A stretch of 63,856 nt of DNA, filler included, from Folioceros fuciformis (GCA_049999805.1; 6 parts of 6 records of this genome joined end to end with filler, not necessarily neighbours in it); one strand, 5' to 3'; counted from the first letter of the whole stretch, positions 36,668 through 50,007 are shown. Numbers and translations are program-made. Notes: generated from the letters alone by a model not told the origin.

Positions 36668-38629
36668 TGTCATTGAGTGGGGGGTTTGTGAATCGTTAAC
36701 CATGGACAGCTTATGCTAGCTATTGAACGGGTTATGCTAATATACATTTAATTTTGCAACCTTTGGATATTAGGGTTTAGTATAAAAACACATCTGAGAT
36801 ACTTTGCTAATTAATTACTTTTGTTTGTGAGACTCGTGCCATTGCTCATTAGGCTCTCGTCTTACACAACGTGCATAAACGATGCCCGTTTGTTGATATG
36901 GTATCAGAGCCCAATGCTCTGCTATCTGAACGAGTTCTGTGAGAATGCCGAGATCAAGGAATCCTAACAGAGATCAAAATAGGAGAAGTCACGGTGGTCG
37001 TGGGGGCAGACTTCCTCAACATCAATCACGTGGACTTTCTCTGGAAGAAGCAATAGATCTCTACGAACAGGATTACTCAAATCTTTGGCTACGGAAATTT
37101 GTAGATAAACATTCAAGGTGTGGATTACATAAACCACCCTTTCAGCAGCCTAACTGGAATAAAGCAATTGATGCTGAATTCAGAGCTCGCTGTTTGAGGA
37201 GAGGTGTGAACCCTGACGGCTTCAAATACAAGCCCCAGAAGAAATCCACGCCTGCAATTTCCAGACAAACAGATTTTTGTCACCCACCAAGCAACAGCCA
37301 GAGCATTGCTGACAGATCTCTAGCTGCAGCTATCAGAGTAGAGAAATCCTTATCTGTTGTCATCTCAAGACAAGAGCTCTTTAGGAACAGAGTGAAAGAA
37401 TTGGACCTGGCCTTGGATTTTGCCGCCCAATCAATCCTGGATACAAGACAAGACATTAAGAACCTTTCTTACCAGTTTCAGAACATGAGTTTGAAGATGG
37501 AATTGGAGAAACACTTCACCAGTGTGCAGGATTTGCCACAAGTTCGCTGATTTTCCTGCTTCCGCTGTGAGGGAGCCTGGAGCGCCAGGCACAGGCACAA
37601 TGTTGGTGCCAGATACAAAGAGGTGCATGCATTGTCGTGACCTTTCGTCTTTCAGCCCTTTCCTACATGCCATTTGTTAGCCAACAGATGCACCTGTTCA
37701 CAAGAAGGTGGCATGGTAGTTAGGGTTCGGAATTCTTGATGCAAGCATGTGTTTTTTGAAACACTAACCTAAAAATTAATAGGCATAGCGTTTCGTTTTA
37801 TCTCATGTACCGTTTTGTAAGCTAACCATGCATGCAGTGAAGAAGTCGAAGGGGAAATTAGTTTAGAAAGCCTCAGGTACACAGCACTTGTTGCCTTCCC
37901 AGCTAAGCTCCCCCTTCAGCCCTTCCCTACACACAAATGTTAGCTAGCTGTACACCCTTGTAAGTGAGACATAGATACTTACCTGGATTGTCAGAGCCAT
38001 AGCTCCCGTACATCTTGGTAGATTCTAATGTCCTCAAATCCCATAGATGCATTGTTAGCATCTCTCGTACAGCAATTTCAGTCTTTAGGCATACAGCCAC
38101 CCCTTGCACAAATATACAAGATGGCTACCACCACTTCTCCAGTATTCACAACAGATTTGAAGGAGAAAGACCGTCTCAACGGCCAGAACTACAAAACCTG
38201 GCGTGTGAGAATGAAGAGTATCTTGCTGGCTCGTAGTGTTTGGTCCATAGTTGATAAAACATATGCTAAACCGAATCCCAATGCTACTCCAGCACCTACA
38301 GCAAATGAAATTGCTAAGTGGGATCAGCATAATGAAATAGCAGTTGCTCTTCTAATAAATGGGATAGATGCAGATCTTGTGCCAGATGTAGAACCCTTGA
38401 CAGAGGCTTCTGCAATTTGGGCACAACTAGAGAAAACATATTAGCAGCAGAACATGATGTCTCTGTGTGCAGTGCAAACAGAATTTTTCTTGTTGCGCAT
38501 GAAAGAGGGAGAGAAAGTGTCGGCACATACCAGTAAGTTCCGACGTCTTAGAGCTCAGATTACGTTGTTGACTGGTGAGAAAATACCAGAAACACAAGCA
38601 GTTGCAAAGCTCCTCTCTAGTTTACCTCC
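36668..38629 (+). mobile_element. Copia element B: 5' LTR (~36668-36898), PBS, extra ORF0, gag (38121-38629, truncated by another copia)
   Basis: TATAAAAA occurs at 36781 and the Met-i PBS TGGTATCAGAGC at 36899-36910. Gag reads MATTTSPVFTTDLKEKDRLNGQNYKTWRVRM..EFFLLRMKEGEKVSAH..KLLSSLP, with an in-frame TAG at 38442. The LTR start is uncertain. Confidence 0.85.
36945..37550 (+). CDS. ORF0: intact 201-aa extra ORF between PBS and gag (Arg/Gly-rich N-terminus, C-terminal coiled coil)
   Basis: The ATG lies about 35 nt after the PBS and the frame has no stops. VEKSLSVVISRQELFRNRV is homologous to the ORF at 53904-54297. Confidence 0.7.
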   Translation: MPRSRNPNRDQNRRSHGGRGGRLPQHQSRGLSLEEAIDLYEQDYSNLWLRKFVDKHSRCGLHKPPFQQPNWNKAIDAEFRARCLRRGVNPDGFKYKPQKKSTPAISRQTDFCHPPSNSQSIADRSLAAAIRVEKSLSVVISRQELFRNRVKELDLALDFAAQSILDTRQDIKNLSYQFQNMSLKMELEKHFTSVQDLPQVR

Positions 38630-41066
38630 TAAAGGAACGCTCTAGGAGCTACATAGTGAAGGAGAGGAGAGGAGGAGGCAAGGAGGAGAGGAGAAAGAGA
38701 GGTCACACTCTCACAATAGAGTCCCACATACAAGGGAGCTCAAGGGGGTATTTATACCCTCTAGAAGAGCTCCCTAGGAAGCTTCACAAGAAGCCCACAA
38801 GAAGCTGCACAAGAAGCTTCCTAGAGATTAGCTTAAGCTAATCTCAACTAATGATACTTAACTAGACACTAATCTTAGACTAAACACATTAGTCTAGGCA
38901 CATTGGGCTTTAATAACCCTACAACCGCCCCCTTAAAGGCCAATTACCTTGATAGGAGAGTGATCTACCTCATGCCCATGAGTATTCGAGCTTGTGCGAA
39001 TTGCTCCGAAGAGAGCCCCTTGGTGAGAACATCTGCAGGGTTCTGACTGGTGTGAACTTTGACAAGTTGTACCCTCTTGTCTTCCAACACCTCTGGAATG
39101 AAGTGATACTTCACTTCCACATGTTTGGTCTTCACATGAAACACTGGATTCTTTGCCAATTGGATAGCACTCTGGCTATCACAATGCAACACTGGCATCT
39201 CAACCTTGATCCCCAAATCTCCCACTAAACGAGCAAGCCACATGGCTTCCTTGCACGCCTCAGCCGCTGCAACATACTCGGCCTCTGTGGTAGATAGCGT
39301 TATGCACGATTGCAAACGCGATCGCCATGAAACTACCCCTCCAGTGCACATGAAGACATAACCTGATGTGGACCTCCTTTTGTCCATATCCCCTGCATAA
39401 TCAGCATCCGTATAGCCCACGACAGATGCATCTTCACTACCAAAACATAAGCACAAAGCTTTTGTACCATTCAAGTACCTCATAACTCCTTTCATTGCCT
39501 CCCAAAGCTTCCTGCTAGGGTTTGACATAAACCTTCTAACCACTCCCACTGCAAAGGCAATGTCAGGACGTGTAGCAATCATTGCATACATCAAACTCCC
39601 TACAGCTGATGAGTATGGAACCTTCTCCATTTCAGCTTTGTCCTCCGCAGAGCTTGGGCAATCCTTGCTCGACAGTTTCACATATGGAGGCAACGGAGTA
39701 CTTAGTATCTTCCCCTTCTCCATATTGAAGCGTTGAAGCACCTTGTTAATGTATTCAGTCTGAGACAAGTACAGCAAACGCTTCTATCTGTCTCGACGAA
39801 TACGCATGCGGGGAATATGGCTTGCCTCTCCCAAGTCTGTCATGTCAAAGCGACCATTCAACTTTGACTTCAACGTTGAAATCTCATCACTATTAGTCCC
39901 AGCAATTAGCATATCATCCACATAGAGGACCAGAATGAGCAAGCTTCCATCCTTAGCTTGCTTCGTATAGAGGCAATGATCCTCATCGCTACGCTTGTAG
40001 CCTTGAGAAAGCATAAATGAGTGGAACTTTAAATACCACTCCCTGGGTGCCTGCTTCAAACCATAAAGGCTCTTCTTTAACCTGCACACCAGATTCTCTT
40101 TGCCCTTCTCAATGAAACCCTCTGGTTGTTGCATGAATACCTCTTCCTGGAGATCACCATGCAAAAATGCCGACTTCACATCCATCTGGACAAGTTCCAT
40201 GTCGAGCCTCGCAACCACACCAAGAACACATCGCAAGGTGGTCATTTTGACAACCGGTGAGAAAATCTCATCAAAGTCAATACCTTGCTGTTGCTTAAAA
40301 CCGTTCACAACCAATCGTGCCTTGTACTTGGGTTTGCCATAATGGGGTATGTCCTTCATCTTATACACCCATTTGCATGGCAACGCCTTTTTGCCCTTAG
40401 GTAACCGAACCAATTCCCAAGTTTGGTTCTTGTGGAGTGAATCCATTTGCGACTGCATTGCCTTCTCCCACTTGTCCTTGTCAGTCACTGACATGGCCTC
40501 TTGGTAACAAGAGGGCTCCCCACAATTCGTCAGCATGACATAATCAAGAGATGCAACATACCTGTCAGGAGGACGTGAAATCCTTCCTGACCTGCGGAGT
40601 ACTGGCGCCTCGACCGGAGCTGGTTGCACTCTCTCCTCTTGTACAAGTGGAGGAACTTGTTCCTGCACATCACGACGTTCAACCTGCGCAGGACGGTCAA
40701 ATCTGTCTTCTTGGAAGACCACCCGTCGCACCTCCATAGTTGGAGGAGGTTTCTTGTGCATCTTGGTCTCGTTGAAGAATACGTCATTGCTGCGAACCAT
40801 CCTCTTGGCTGCTGGATCCCATAGACGGTATCCCATCTCACCAGATTCACCATAGCCAAGAAAAATACATTTCTTGGACTTGGGTGCCAACTTGTCCCGA
40901 AACTCCTTCGGAACATGGTAGTATGCCTCGCAGCCAAATACTCGTAGATGCTTATATGACGGCTGGTTTCCAGACCACATCTCCTCTGGAACCTATTCAT
41001 CCACAGCCCTATTAGGAGATCTGTTAATAAGATGCACCGCAGTAGCCACTGCTTCTGCCCAAAATC
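38630..41066 (-). mobile_element. Ty1/copia 3' half: integrase end, RT, RNase H, PPT and 3' LTR
   Basis: Motifs HLRVFGCEAY, YKARLV, QMDVKSAFLHG, LKKSLYGLKQAPR, LYVDDML, GYTDADYAGD, STTEAEY and CDSQSAI, with one premature TAG at 39784. PPT AAGGGGGCGGT precedes the LTR start TGTAGGG at 38923, and TATAAATA lies at ~38750. Confidence 0.95.
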
Positions 41067-42409
41067 NNNNNNNNNNNNNNNNNNNNNNNNNNNNNNNNNN
41101 NNNNNNNNNNTTAATTAATTAANNNNNNNNNNNNNNNNNNNNNNNNNNNNNNNNNNNNNNNNNNNNCTTTTATACTGCACAAGGAAGGGGGCATTACTGA
41201 TGTGGTATATTCTTTGCCAATACTATTTTAAATGCATGAAAGACAATTTCTCAATTTATTTTATTTATGATTTTTTATATTACTAGAATTATTGATATGG
41301 CATATTTGTTGCAAATGATGTTTAACAAGCGCGCAATAACATCCCCTTGAGAAGAGTGGGAAAGTCCACCCAATTCGAAGCAAAAGCAAGAGCAAATATA
41401 AAACACCAAACACAAGCACTAGCTTGTAAGTAGTTTCCCTTCTCTCCTAGGAGGACTTAGACTAGATTGTACTCTCACTGGTGCTCTTTATTCTAGATTC
41501 ACGAGTCAACAAGAACATAACCCAGAGGGTTAGAGAGAACTCCATATTTTCATCTAAGCTAGGATCTTAGCTCTCTATCCGCTTCACTTCCTCCACAAGA
41601 GCTCTCTTACAGGGTTTACACCTTGGGTGTTCACAACCTAAGCAAATAATACTCTCATTGGATGTTCATAGCCTAAGCATACAATGCTCTCAAGGCATGA
41701 GGGATATCAATCTCGTTGTCCTTTAACTTCAAGCTAGGTCCCTTTTATACTCATGCGAAGGGTTCAGATCCTGAAAGACAAGATCCTTTGGAGCACGACA
41801 TAGGTAATTGAGTTTAAGATCCTAGGATATGAAAAAGAACCAGCGTCTGCACCCACCTTATTGTGGAGGCTATTTACAAGCACATGACAAGGTAAGATAT
41901 TATTGTTCTTTTTGGAAGTAAATGCGAACATAGTAGTGACTCTTCTTAGCTTTGGTGTGAAAGCTGCATGTGCATTCTTCTCACTCTCATTGAACATAAT
42001 TGTTGTGATTTTGTACTGCATTTGCCTTTCCTACTGCGCTTGGGGTTTAAACACCACATCGTCTCCTTGCGATTCAATATGCTCATAGTGAGGTTACCCT
42101 TCTAAGCCAAGTTCTACTATCACCCCCTTCCTAGGCCCGCATACTTATCCATTATGTTACAAACTTTGTTACTACGGCCCTCCTTCTCGATTTGTCTATC
42201 GAGAACAAGGCCTTTTGGGAGTAAAGAGGCATCTCAAACACACGACAGCTAGGCTAGGGTTTCATCGTGTCGATTCGAGCTAGTGTCGTTTTCCAATACG
42301 ACATAAGCAAGCATTCTAGCTAATCTAATAATTTAACCAAAAGAGTCAAGTCGTAATAATTTAACCAAAAGAGTCAAGTCGTTGAATCTTTGACGTGTCT
42401 TTGCTCCTT

Positions 42410-44280
42410 CTTTTTTTTTGCAAAGAAAAAAAATCTAATTATTCACAGCCTAGGCTGCAGCATGGGTACAACAGTTACACATGCAACTAAATGAGGAGTT
42501 AGCATGTAAGCTAATTCTATGCTACAAAAACAAGCACAACTAATCTATCCTGCGGGCTAGAGATATCCGGACCTTATGTGGCTTGCCTGCCCCAAGGGCT
42601 GGAGTGGTCCCATTGGCCATTTTGTTGGAGGAATCCTGCTAGTTTCCACTCTTTCCCTCTAAACTTGGTGTGGCGGAAGTTTGGATGCTCTCCGTGACCA
42701 CAAGGACCTGTTCCCAAATGCGCCATAACAGAGCTTTCACAGATACCGGATCGCTTCCACCATAGACCATCGCTGTCCAGTTTTGCCACAGAGAGAAAAG
42801 AGACAAGGACCAAACCACTCCCCACCATTGGTACTGAAGTAGTGGCCCCCCCGATTGCTCATCTAGTCCGAATAAGGCAATTTGCTCGGTAACCAAGATG
42901 GGGAGAAGCCTCTGCAACCACCAGCCAACTTCGTTCCAAATACCTTGCGCATAGTCGCACTGATAGAAAATATATTGGCTTTTATGAGGGGCGGCAATAC
43001 TGCATAGCCTGCAACGATCCTCCCCCGTAGCCACCAATAATCCGTCCCAGCGATCTGCATTAAGCAACCAAGCTTGAAAGAAACACTAGATGGTTACCCT
43101 CACCTTGAGGGGGATCCCTAAGGTCGACCACATGAGTTTGATCGTGGCCCTTTGCCGACGCTGGGAAAGCCCCAACCTAGAGGCCAGCCGACTTCGCCGA
43201 AGAGATTTTGTGCGTGCACCAGCCGGAGGTAATTGACAGCCGACGTAAAATTGAAGAGTGATTTCGCGATTGCCTGCTTACTTCCTAAGCTCCCAGGCCA
43301 CATATAGAGGTTGGGACACATCGCTAACTCCCAATTCTCCTTCATGCGAAACCAACACCTTACTCGATTTTGTTGCAAGGTTTGCTTCCTGTTGCCTTGT
43401 TCTTCTTGAGTAAGCCAGTGGCCCGCCCACCTAGCCCTGTAGAGCGTAGTAATCCCTCTTAGGCCTATTCCACCAATCGCCCCTTCCTCTCTACCTCTCT
43501 CTTCCAAAAACCCCTCTGCATTCATAGTCCTATAAGAGAGATTCCCTTTGTCATCTGTCAGTGAAGACACAAGCACTGCTCTGTCAAAGTCTGGTAGGGG
43601 TACATCCTCCTCCTAGTCGGAACCACTTGACCTATCTTCCATGGGGCACGCCCCCCACATATTAATGTCCACCCAGGCTTGCTGTAGTAGTGCTTGCTTC
43701 ACCTCCTCTGCCATCCCTTCTTGTAGCCAAGAAAGCATTAGTCTCACATGTCGAACCAGAACCCCAAACTCATCTCGCGCCTCCTCCGTTGTTTTCCAGC
43801 CATCCTCTATTCAGTTCCACAAGTGGCCGAGTTGCACAATGCCTCTTCTACTAGCAAAACCAAAGATTTGGGACCTGTATACCCGGGAAAGGAAGTCTTG
43901 TGACCACAACCCCTTAAAGCCTTGGAGAGGAAGGCCCAGCACATCATCCCTATTCCTAGGCTTGGCTAAGAGAAAGAAGGTTTTAACCTCCAAGAAGCTG
44001 CGCCTTATAGAGGCAAATAGAGGGCAGCAGNNNNNNNNNNNNNNNNNNNNNNNNNNNNNNNNNNNNNNNNNNNNNNNNNNNNNNNNNNNNNNNNNNNNNN
44101 NNNNNNNNNNNNNNNNNNNNNNNNNNNNNNAACCAACTTTTCCAAGGGTATCCCATTGGGCCCGCTGCCTTTAAAACCCATTGTGCATGTAGAACCTTCA
44201 TTTTGCTCGTGGGGTCCATCAACCCAAGCCCACCCCAGTGTCTACTCTGAATAATATGTTGGCACGCCACCTTATGTTCT
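42410..44280 (-). mobile_element. Degenerate L1-clade LINE, 3' part of ORF2 with a possible poly(A) tail
   Basis: Motifs HKVACQHIIQSRHWGGLGLMDP and zf-RVT-like CRLC..YIFYQCDYAQGIW. A T-run at 42410-42419 could be the tail. Confidence 0.75.
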
Positions 44281-44288
44281 TTTCACAA

Positions 44289-47200
44289 TAGTATCAAAGC
44301 AACTGATCCTCGAATCAAGATGTTGGATGTTGGAAGTTATGGATCATTGCTAAAGAAATGAAGATGACTGTTTTCATCCTCAAAGGCACACCATAAACCC
44401 CAACTTGTTCATGAAATAAGGAATGACAAGGAGACGAGGCAATAGCAGACAACGTGTAGCCCTCCCTATCTCAACCATGAGGGAACAATTCCACGAGATT
44501 CCAATTGAAAATTGGGTCCTGCCACATCGCAATCAAAGCAAGACATACATTCACCACAATTGGGTGCTCTTGCCTAGAGATCAAAACAGGAGAATTTTGC
44601 AAGAACAAAAACTTGTCAGCTTGTGAAGGGATTTCATGATCACCAGATAGAGCACAAGCAACATCATTGTGATCAACTTAACCCAATGCTACATACCTTG
44701 CAAGTTGGTGCTGCAGTTGGTGTTCTGCAAATCATAATCACCACACTCCACTTGCAAGCATCAAAAGGGCAGGTATTAGTGCACTTCCACGGTAATGAAT
44801 TCATCCACCACAAATGTTCACAATGCTACAGGAACTTTAAGGAGTGAGATCGATTCAATGAGACTAAGTATAATACTTGGGCAATTCGCATGAAGTCTGC
44901 CCTTAAATTGAAGGAGGTCTGGAAATATGTGAATGGAGCCTTACCTCGTCCCACACTCACTATTGCCACAATCTCAACGCTAGCCATTACACAAGTTGAC
45001 ATTGATAAATGGGATCGTGGAGATAGAACAACAGAGCATCTGAGCATCAATGGTCTGGATGAAAGCATGATGGATCATGTTGAGGGCTATGACACATCCC
45101 AAGAAATTTGGGATGGTCTAGTTATATAAGGCACAGAGTGTTAAGTCCCTTGTGGAAGTGAGGATGACTTTCTTCTCACTTTGATTGAAAGAGAAGGAAG
45201 GTGTTTCAACGTACCTTGGCAAGCTTAGGTATCTCGTTTACTGCTCTCGTTCCTTCGCTCTAAGATAACAAAGCTTGATGCCGCTACACAACTTTTGGCT
45301 GGCCTACCTCCAACATAGCAAGGGTTCGTTTCACAGTAAAACGGGCCCCTTTAGACAACTTCAACAGCTGTTGTAGTAGGTGGATCCTCAACACTAATGG
45401 TTGTAGGTCTATTAGCTTCTATGCTGCAAGAGGAAACTATGAGAAGATAGAGCTCAACCTCATCTTCTGTTGTGACTCCGGCCAAGGTGCTAGTGGCTGA
45501 AAGAAAGCCTAAATGGAACAAAAAGGAGGGCCTATATACAACAACACGAGCAAAGGTGATAGGGGAAAAAAGAAAGAAGATTGCAATTGGTGTTCAATAG
45601 AAGGGCATTGGAAGTGCGATTGCCATAAGAAAAAGGCAGGTGAACCACACAAGAACAACCCCCTTGAGACACATGTTGCTAAATCTTTAACAAGGAATGT
45701 ACCTTTAGTAATGACAGTTTGTTTCCTTTCTACTCACATATCACCTTCTTTGTGGTACTTGGGCTTTGGAGCCTCTACTAATATATGCAACTAGACATGA
45801 GGTGTTTCAGTACATTTGCTATTGATTCCACATGGCAAGTTGCTATAGTAGCTGATGATAGGTCAATTGTAGTGAAAAGGGACAATGGTCCTTTACACTT
45901 TTATAGGAACAGAAATACACCTACAAGATGTTCTCTTTGTACCTGATATGACCAAGAACCTTGTCTCAGTCAAGGCTCTTACAACCCACGACGATATTAC
46001 TTTCTTGTTTACGAGAAAGGGTTGCAAAATATTCTATGGTCACCATAGAATATTTTCAATTATACCTTTCTCGTATTCTTCAATTCACATTCTTCAATTG
46101 TATCATGGTGATACAATTGAGAGTTACTCACCTCAGAGTTTTTGGTTGTATTGCTTCGGTGCTTATTACCCTTCAGGACAAGCCTAAGCTAGTGGATAGA
46201 GCCACTCGAAGTATATTTGTTGGTAATGAAGAGCAGATGAAGGCGTACAATCTATACATGCCCTCTACACGCCAATTGACATATGCAAGGAGTGTTGTCT
46301 TCAACGAAGCTCTAGTGCTCACATGGGTAGTGGGAGCTTCTTTTGCAAGTGGAGAACACCCACCTCAAGATTCAACTTTGGACTCAGATATAGTGATGGG
46401 AGGTGGCATTGTTGACTCCCACACATTTCCTGATTAGCCATAGAGTTGAATTTAGAAATCCATCATATGAATGTTTGCACCAAGTTTTTATGTGGAGAAC
46501 TTAAGGAGGAGATATATATGAGGCAGCCCTTGGGCTATGAAGATATTAACCTAGAGCTCCTCTGCAAGTTGCTTAACTGTCTATAGGGCTTAAAACAAAG
46601 TGCTAATATTTGGCATCATAAGTGTGATGGTCGTCTCAAATTCATGGGCTTCATTCAAAGCCATGCTGATAGTCATGGTTATTATCTTGCTGGCGGCTCC
46701 GACTTTACTATTAAATTAGCCTTGTATGTTGATGACGTATGCATGTTTGGCATAAATATAATCCTAATTAACCATGGTAAGGACATGTTATGGGTGGAAT
46801 TCGATATGAAGGATATTGGTGTTCTTCAATATTGTCTTGGAATTCAAATTCTTGGTGATCAACCTCATGGCTAGATTTTTATGCCTCAACAAAAATATGT
46901 AAGAGAAACTCTAACTCATTTTCATATTCAATCCGCTAGGCCTGTTACTGTTGGATGAGGATTCGCTTACCCTTTAAATAATAATTGTATTAAATAATAA
47001 GTGTATTAGGGTTAGGCGAGTAGATATGAATAGTTTCATTTATTTTTAGGGCACGTTGACGGTTGGTAGTTGGTAACTGCCGTGTCATGTGAAAGACACA
47101 CGAACGTCGTTTCACCATCTAATTCTATTCTTAATTCTATCGCTTCCTTGCCTACATGTCTCTAGCGCGCGTGCGCCTACTACAATCTACTTGCTGTTCA

Positions 47201-48035
47201 TAAACGACAGTTACGACTCTAGGAGCAGCTGATATTTAGTTATCTTCAGTGAACTGCCCACAATATGATGCTAAGCATGCCGATGCCAATATGCTTACTA
47301 TCCCTTATGTTGGATGTATGGGTTGTCTTCTCTATTTAGTTAATTGGACTAATTCGGATATTATGTATGTTGTTAATGTTATTGCTCAATACCTTCAAAA
47401 CCTAGGTAGGATACATTGGGTAGCAACTGCTATTTGGTTATCTTCAGTTGACTCCTACAATATGATGCTGAGCGTGCAGATATGTTTGCTATCCCTTATG
47501 TTGCATGTGTGGGTTGTCTTCTCATCTGACTAATTGGACTAGGCTGGAGATTATGTATGCTGTTAATGTTACTTCTCAATACCTTTAGAACCCAGGCATG
47601 GTACATTGGCTAGTAGTGAAGAGGATCCTAAGGTATTTGAGCAGTACTTCAACATATGGCATTTGCAATATTGCCAAAAGTCAAAACAAATTCGAACTAG
47701 CAGGATTGGTAGATGAAGATGGGCCTTTGACTCCAATATTGTTTTATGTTATTTGGAGCTTCCGTAAGTTGGCGATGTAAGAAGCAAACAAGTCTTGCCT
47801 TGAGATCAGCAGAGGTTGAATATAAATATCATCTCTTTACTTGCCTCTTACCGAGATATGTAAGGAGATTGAGTGGGAGCGTTCACTTCTTAGTGATATT
47901 AAGCGTCCTCAACCTCAATCTACATTACTTAATTGTGATAATATGTTGGCTATAGGTTTACTCGCTTATCCTCGTTATCATGCTTGCACTAAATATATTG
48001 AGCTATATCACCATATTGATGATATAGCTCGGTAG
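44289..48035 (+). mobile_element. Copia element C, heavily degenerate, same lineage as A and B
   Basis: It has a decayed PBS TAGTATCAAAGC, gag DRFNETKYNTWAIRMKSAL, knuckle CNWCSIEGHWKCDCHKKKAGEP, VLFVPDMTKNLVSV, HLRVFGC, LALYVDDV and CDNMLAIGL..HACTKYIEL. An RT segment of about 200 bp is duplicated in tandem at 47230-47620. Confidence 0.88.
46949..47209 (+). mobile_element. Solo LTR (261 bp) with 5-bp TSD GTTAC, inserted in the RT of element C
   Basis: GTTAC-TGTTG...CGACA-GTTAC. Confidence 0.9.
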
Positions 48036-50007
48036 GGTGATTATAGGTGAATATGCTTGGGCTGCTAGAGCATTGCGCCCAGAGCTGGCTGCATTTGCAA
48101 CTGAGGACACCATTGCTGCACTTCGTGCCCTTCATCTAGAACCTCATGACACTATACCACAAGATCTTCTGGACCACACGGTCGAGGAGCCTTTTTGCTT
48201 GGATAGGGTTGTTTTTGGGCATGCACTCTCTTCTGCGCCGCGACTTTCTTTAGGAGTTTGTCTGGCATAGTTTATGACCATTTTCGAAATTATTTTTCTC
48301 CTGAGGATCCCTCAAGTGGTTTTTCGGAGCTTTATACATTAGCAGCTACTGTGGCTAGGGGCGAAGTTCTCACTTGAATCTCTCAAGTTTTGGCGGCTAG
48401 TAGGCTACTTGCATTGAAAAAGCCCACCTTAGGAGTGCGCCCTATTGCTGTGGGGGAGGTATTTTTGCGCCTTATTAGCCGAAGTATCGCAATTCAACTT
48501 TGGGAGTACTTCTAAGCGCATCTTGCACCCCACCAATTTGGGTTTCCTATTGTAGGTGGGTGTGAGTCTGCCGCTCTCGGCATCTAGGTGGCCCTTGCGT
48601 TACCTCCTCACTGGGTAGGTTTGCAGGTTGATATTGAAAATGCTTTCAACACCATCTCTAGGGTCGCCATCTTCTCGGAGCTCAAGAGTGCAGGAGGTCA
48701 ATTGGCAAGTCTTATCCCTTCTGTTCGCTCCTTCTATGGCTCGCCATCCAAGCTCTGCTACCAACACGGCCCGACTATTGAGGGGATCTCAGTTTTTGAT
48801 TCAACAACAGGCACAAGGCAAGGGGATAGGCTGGGGGGTGCTCTTTTTGCAATGGTGCATTTTTGTGCATTGTCCTCTACTGCCTTAGCATTTCGGGAAT
48901 GCCTTTTCCCTTCCATGGCTGATGACACTCATATTCTTGGGCAAGGAGTCACAGTCAAAGTAGCATTTGATTTCTTCTCATCATAGCTCTCCAAGGTGGG
49001 GTTGCGGGTCAAGCTATCTAAATGCAGGGTTTGGTCCCCTTCAAGCATCACTCCCCCCCTTCAATATTTGGGGGGGGGGGATAACACCCCCTCGCAGGGA
49101 CTTCAAGTCTTGGGTGTGCCTGTGGGACCTCCTGATTTTGTTCATAGGTTTGTGGATGAAGCGTTGGATGAAGATTTGGCTCATATCATGGATCACAAAT
49201 CGGTGATCCTCATATTGCGTTTGGTATCCTTTCTTCTTGTGTTGCATAGCAACCAGGTTATCTCACTAGAACTGTTGCGCCTTCTCCATTTTTCTTATCA
49301 AGTCTCAGGAAGTTTGATAATCAAGTTATGCAGGCTCTTGGGAACATCATAGGTTCAGGCACCTACAAGTGTGCTGTCGGTGATTTGGCTCGCAAGCAGG
49401 CTTCTTTGCCAGTCGTCTTTGGAGGGGTTGGTCTTTTGGCCATGGAGGCCTCTTCCCCAACTACCTTTCTCGGCAGCTGGGCCCTCTCGGCTCCAATTTT
49501 GGCCTCTCTTTTTTTGCTACAAGATTCCCCTGTTCTTGAAAGTTTTATTTCACCTGTTGAGGAGAGCGTTTTCTCTTTACAAGTGTCTCTTAGGCAAGCG
49601 AGGGACTCTCTACCTTTGGAGGCTCGTGAGGCTCTACCTCCTTTCACCTCTTTTTCTAGGGAAGGGTTGAAGGGTCTCCAAGCCTCCCTCTTAGAAAAGC
49701 AATATGGCCAAGCACTAAGAGCCCTTCTTTCATACTCATCCATCCCTAGGTCTTCTCGAGCTCGTATTCGATCTTGTTCAGGTAAAGGAGCTGGCTCTTG
49801 GCTTTTAGCTCGACCTTGCATCCAGACATTTCGAATCGCACCAGCAACATTCGCCACCACGATGAGATTTCGCTTAGGTTTGGCCCACCCCTTGGCTTTT
49901 TCTCTCTCCACATGCAGTTGTGGGGTTGCCATTGTCGATACAGGGTCCCATTTGGCACGTTGTCCCGTTGGGGGGCACCACATTGCCACTCATGATGCAG
50001 TTCGGGA
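48036..50007 (+). mobile_element. CRE-clade (restriction-like endonuclease type) non-LTR retrotransposon fragment
   Basis: Motifs GVRPIAVGEVFLRLISR, LAPHQFG..GGCE, VDIENAFNTISR, GTRQGDRLG, MADDTHI, LGVPVG, LPVVFGGVGL, GAGSWL, FATTMRFRLG and CSCG-x7-HLARC-x8-HDAVRD. It carries stops and frameshifts, and an LTR insertion has removed the endonuclease part. Confidence 0.82.

Noticed and set aside
41167-42400. Possible LTR remnant
   Set aside because: It has an LTR-like texture and a minus-strand TATA, but I could not define termini, PBS, PPT or TSD.
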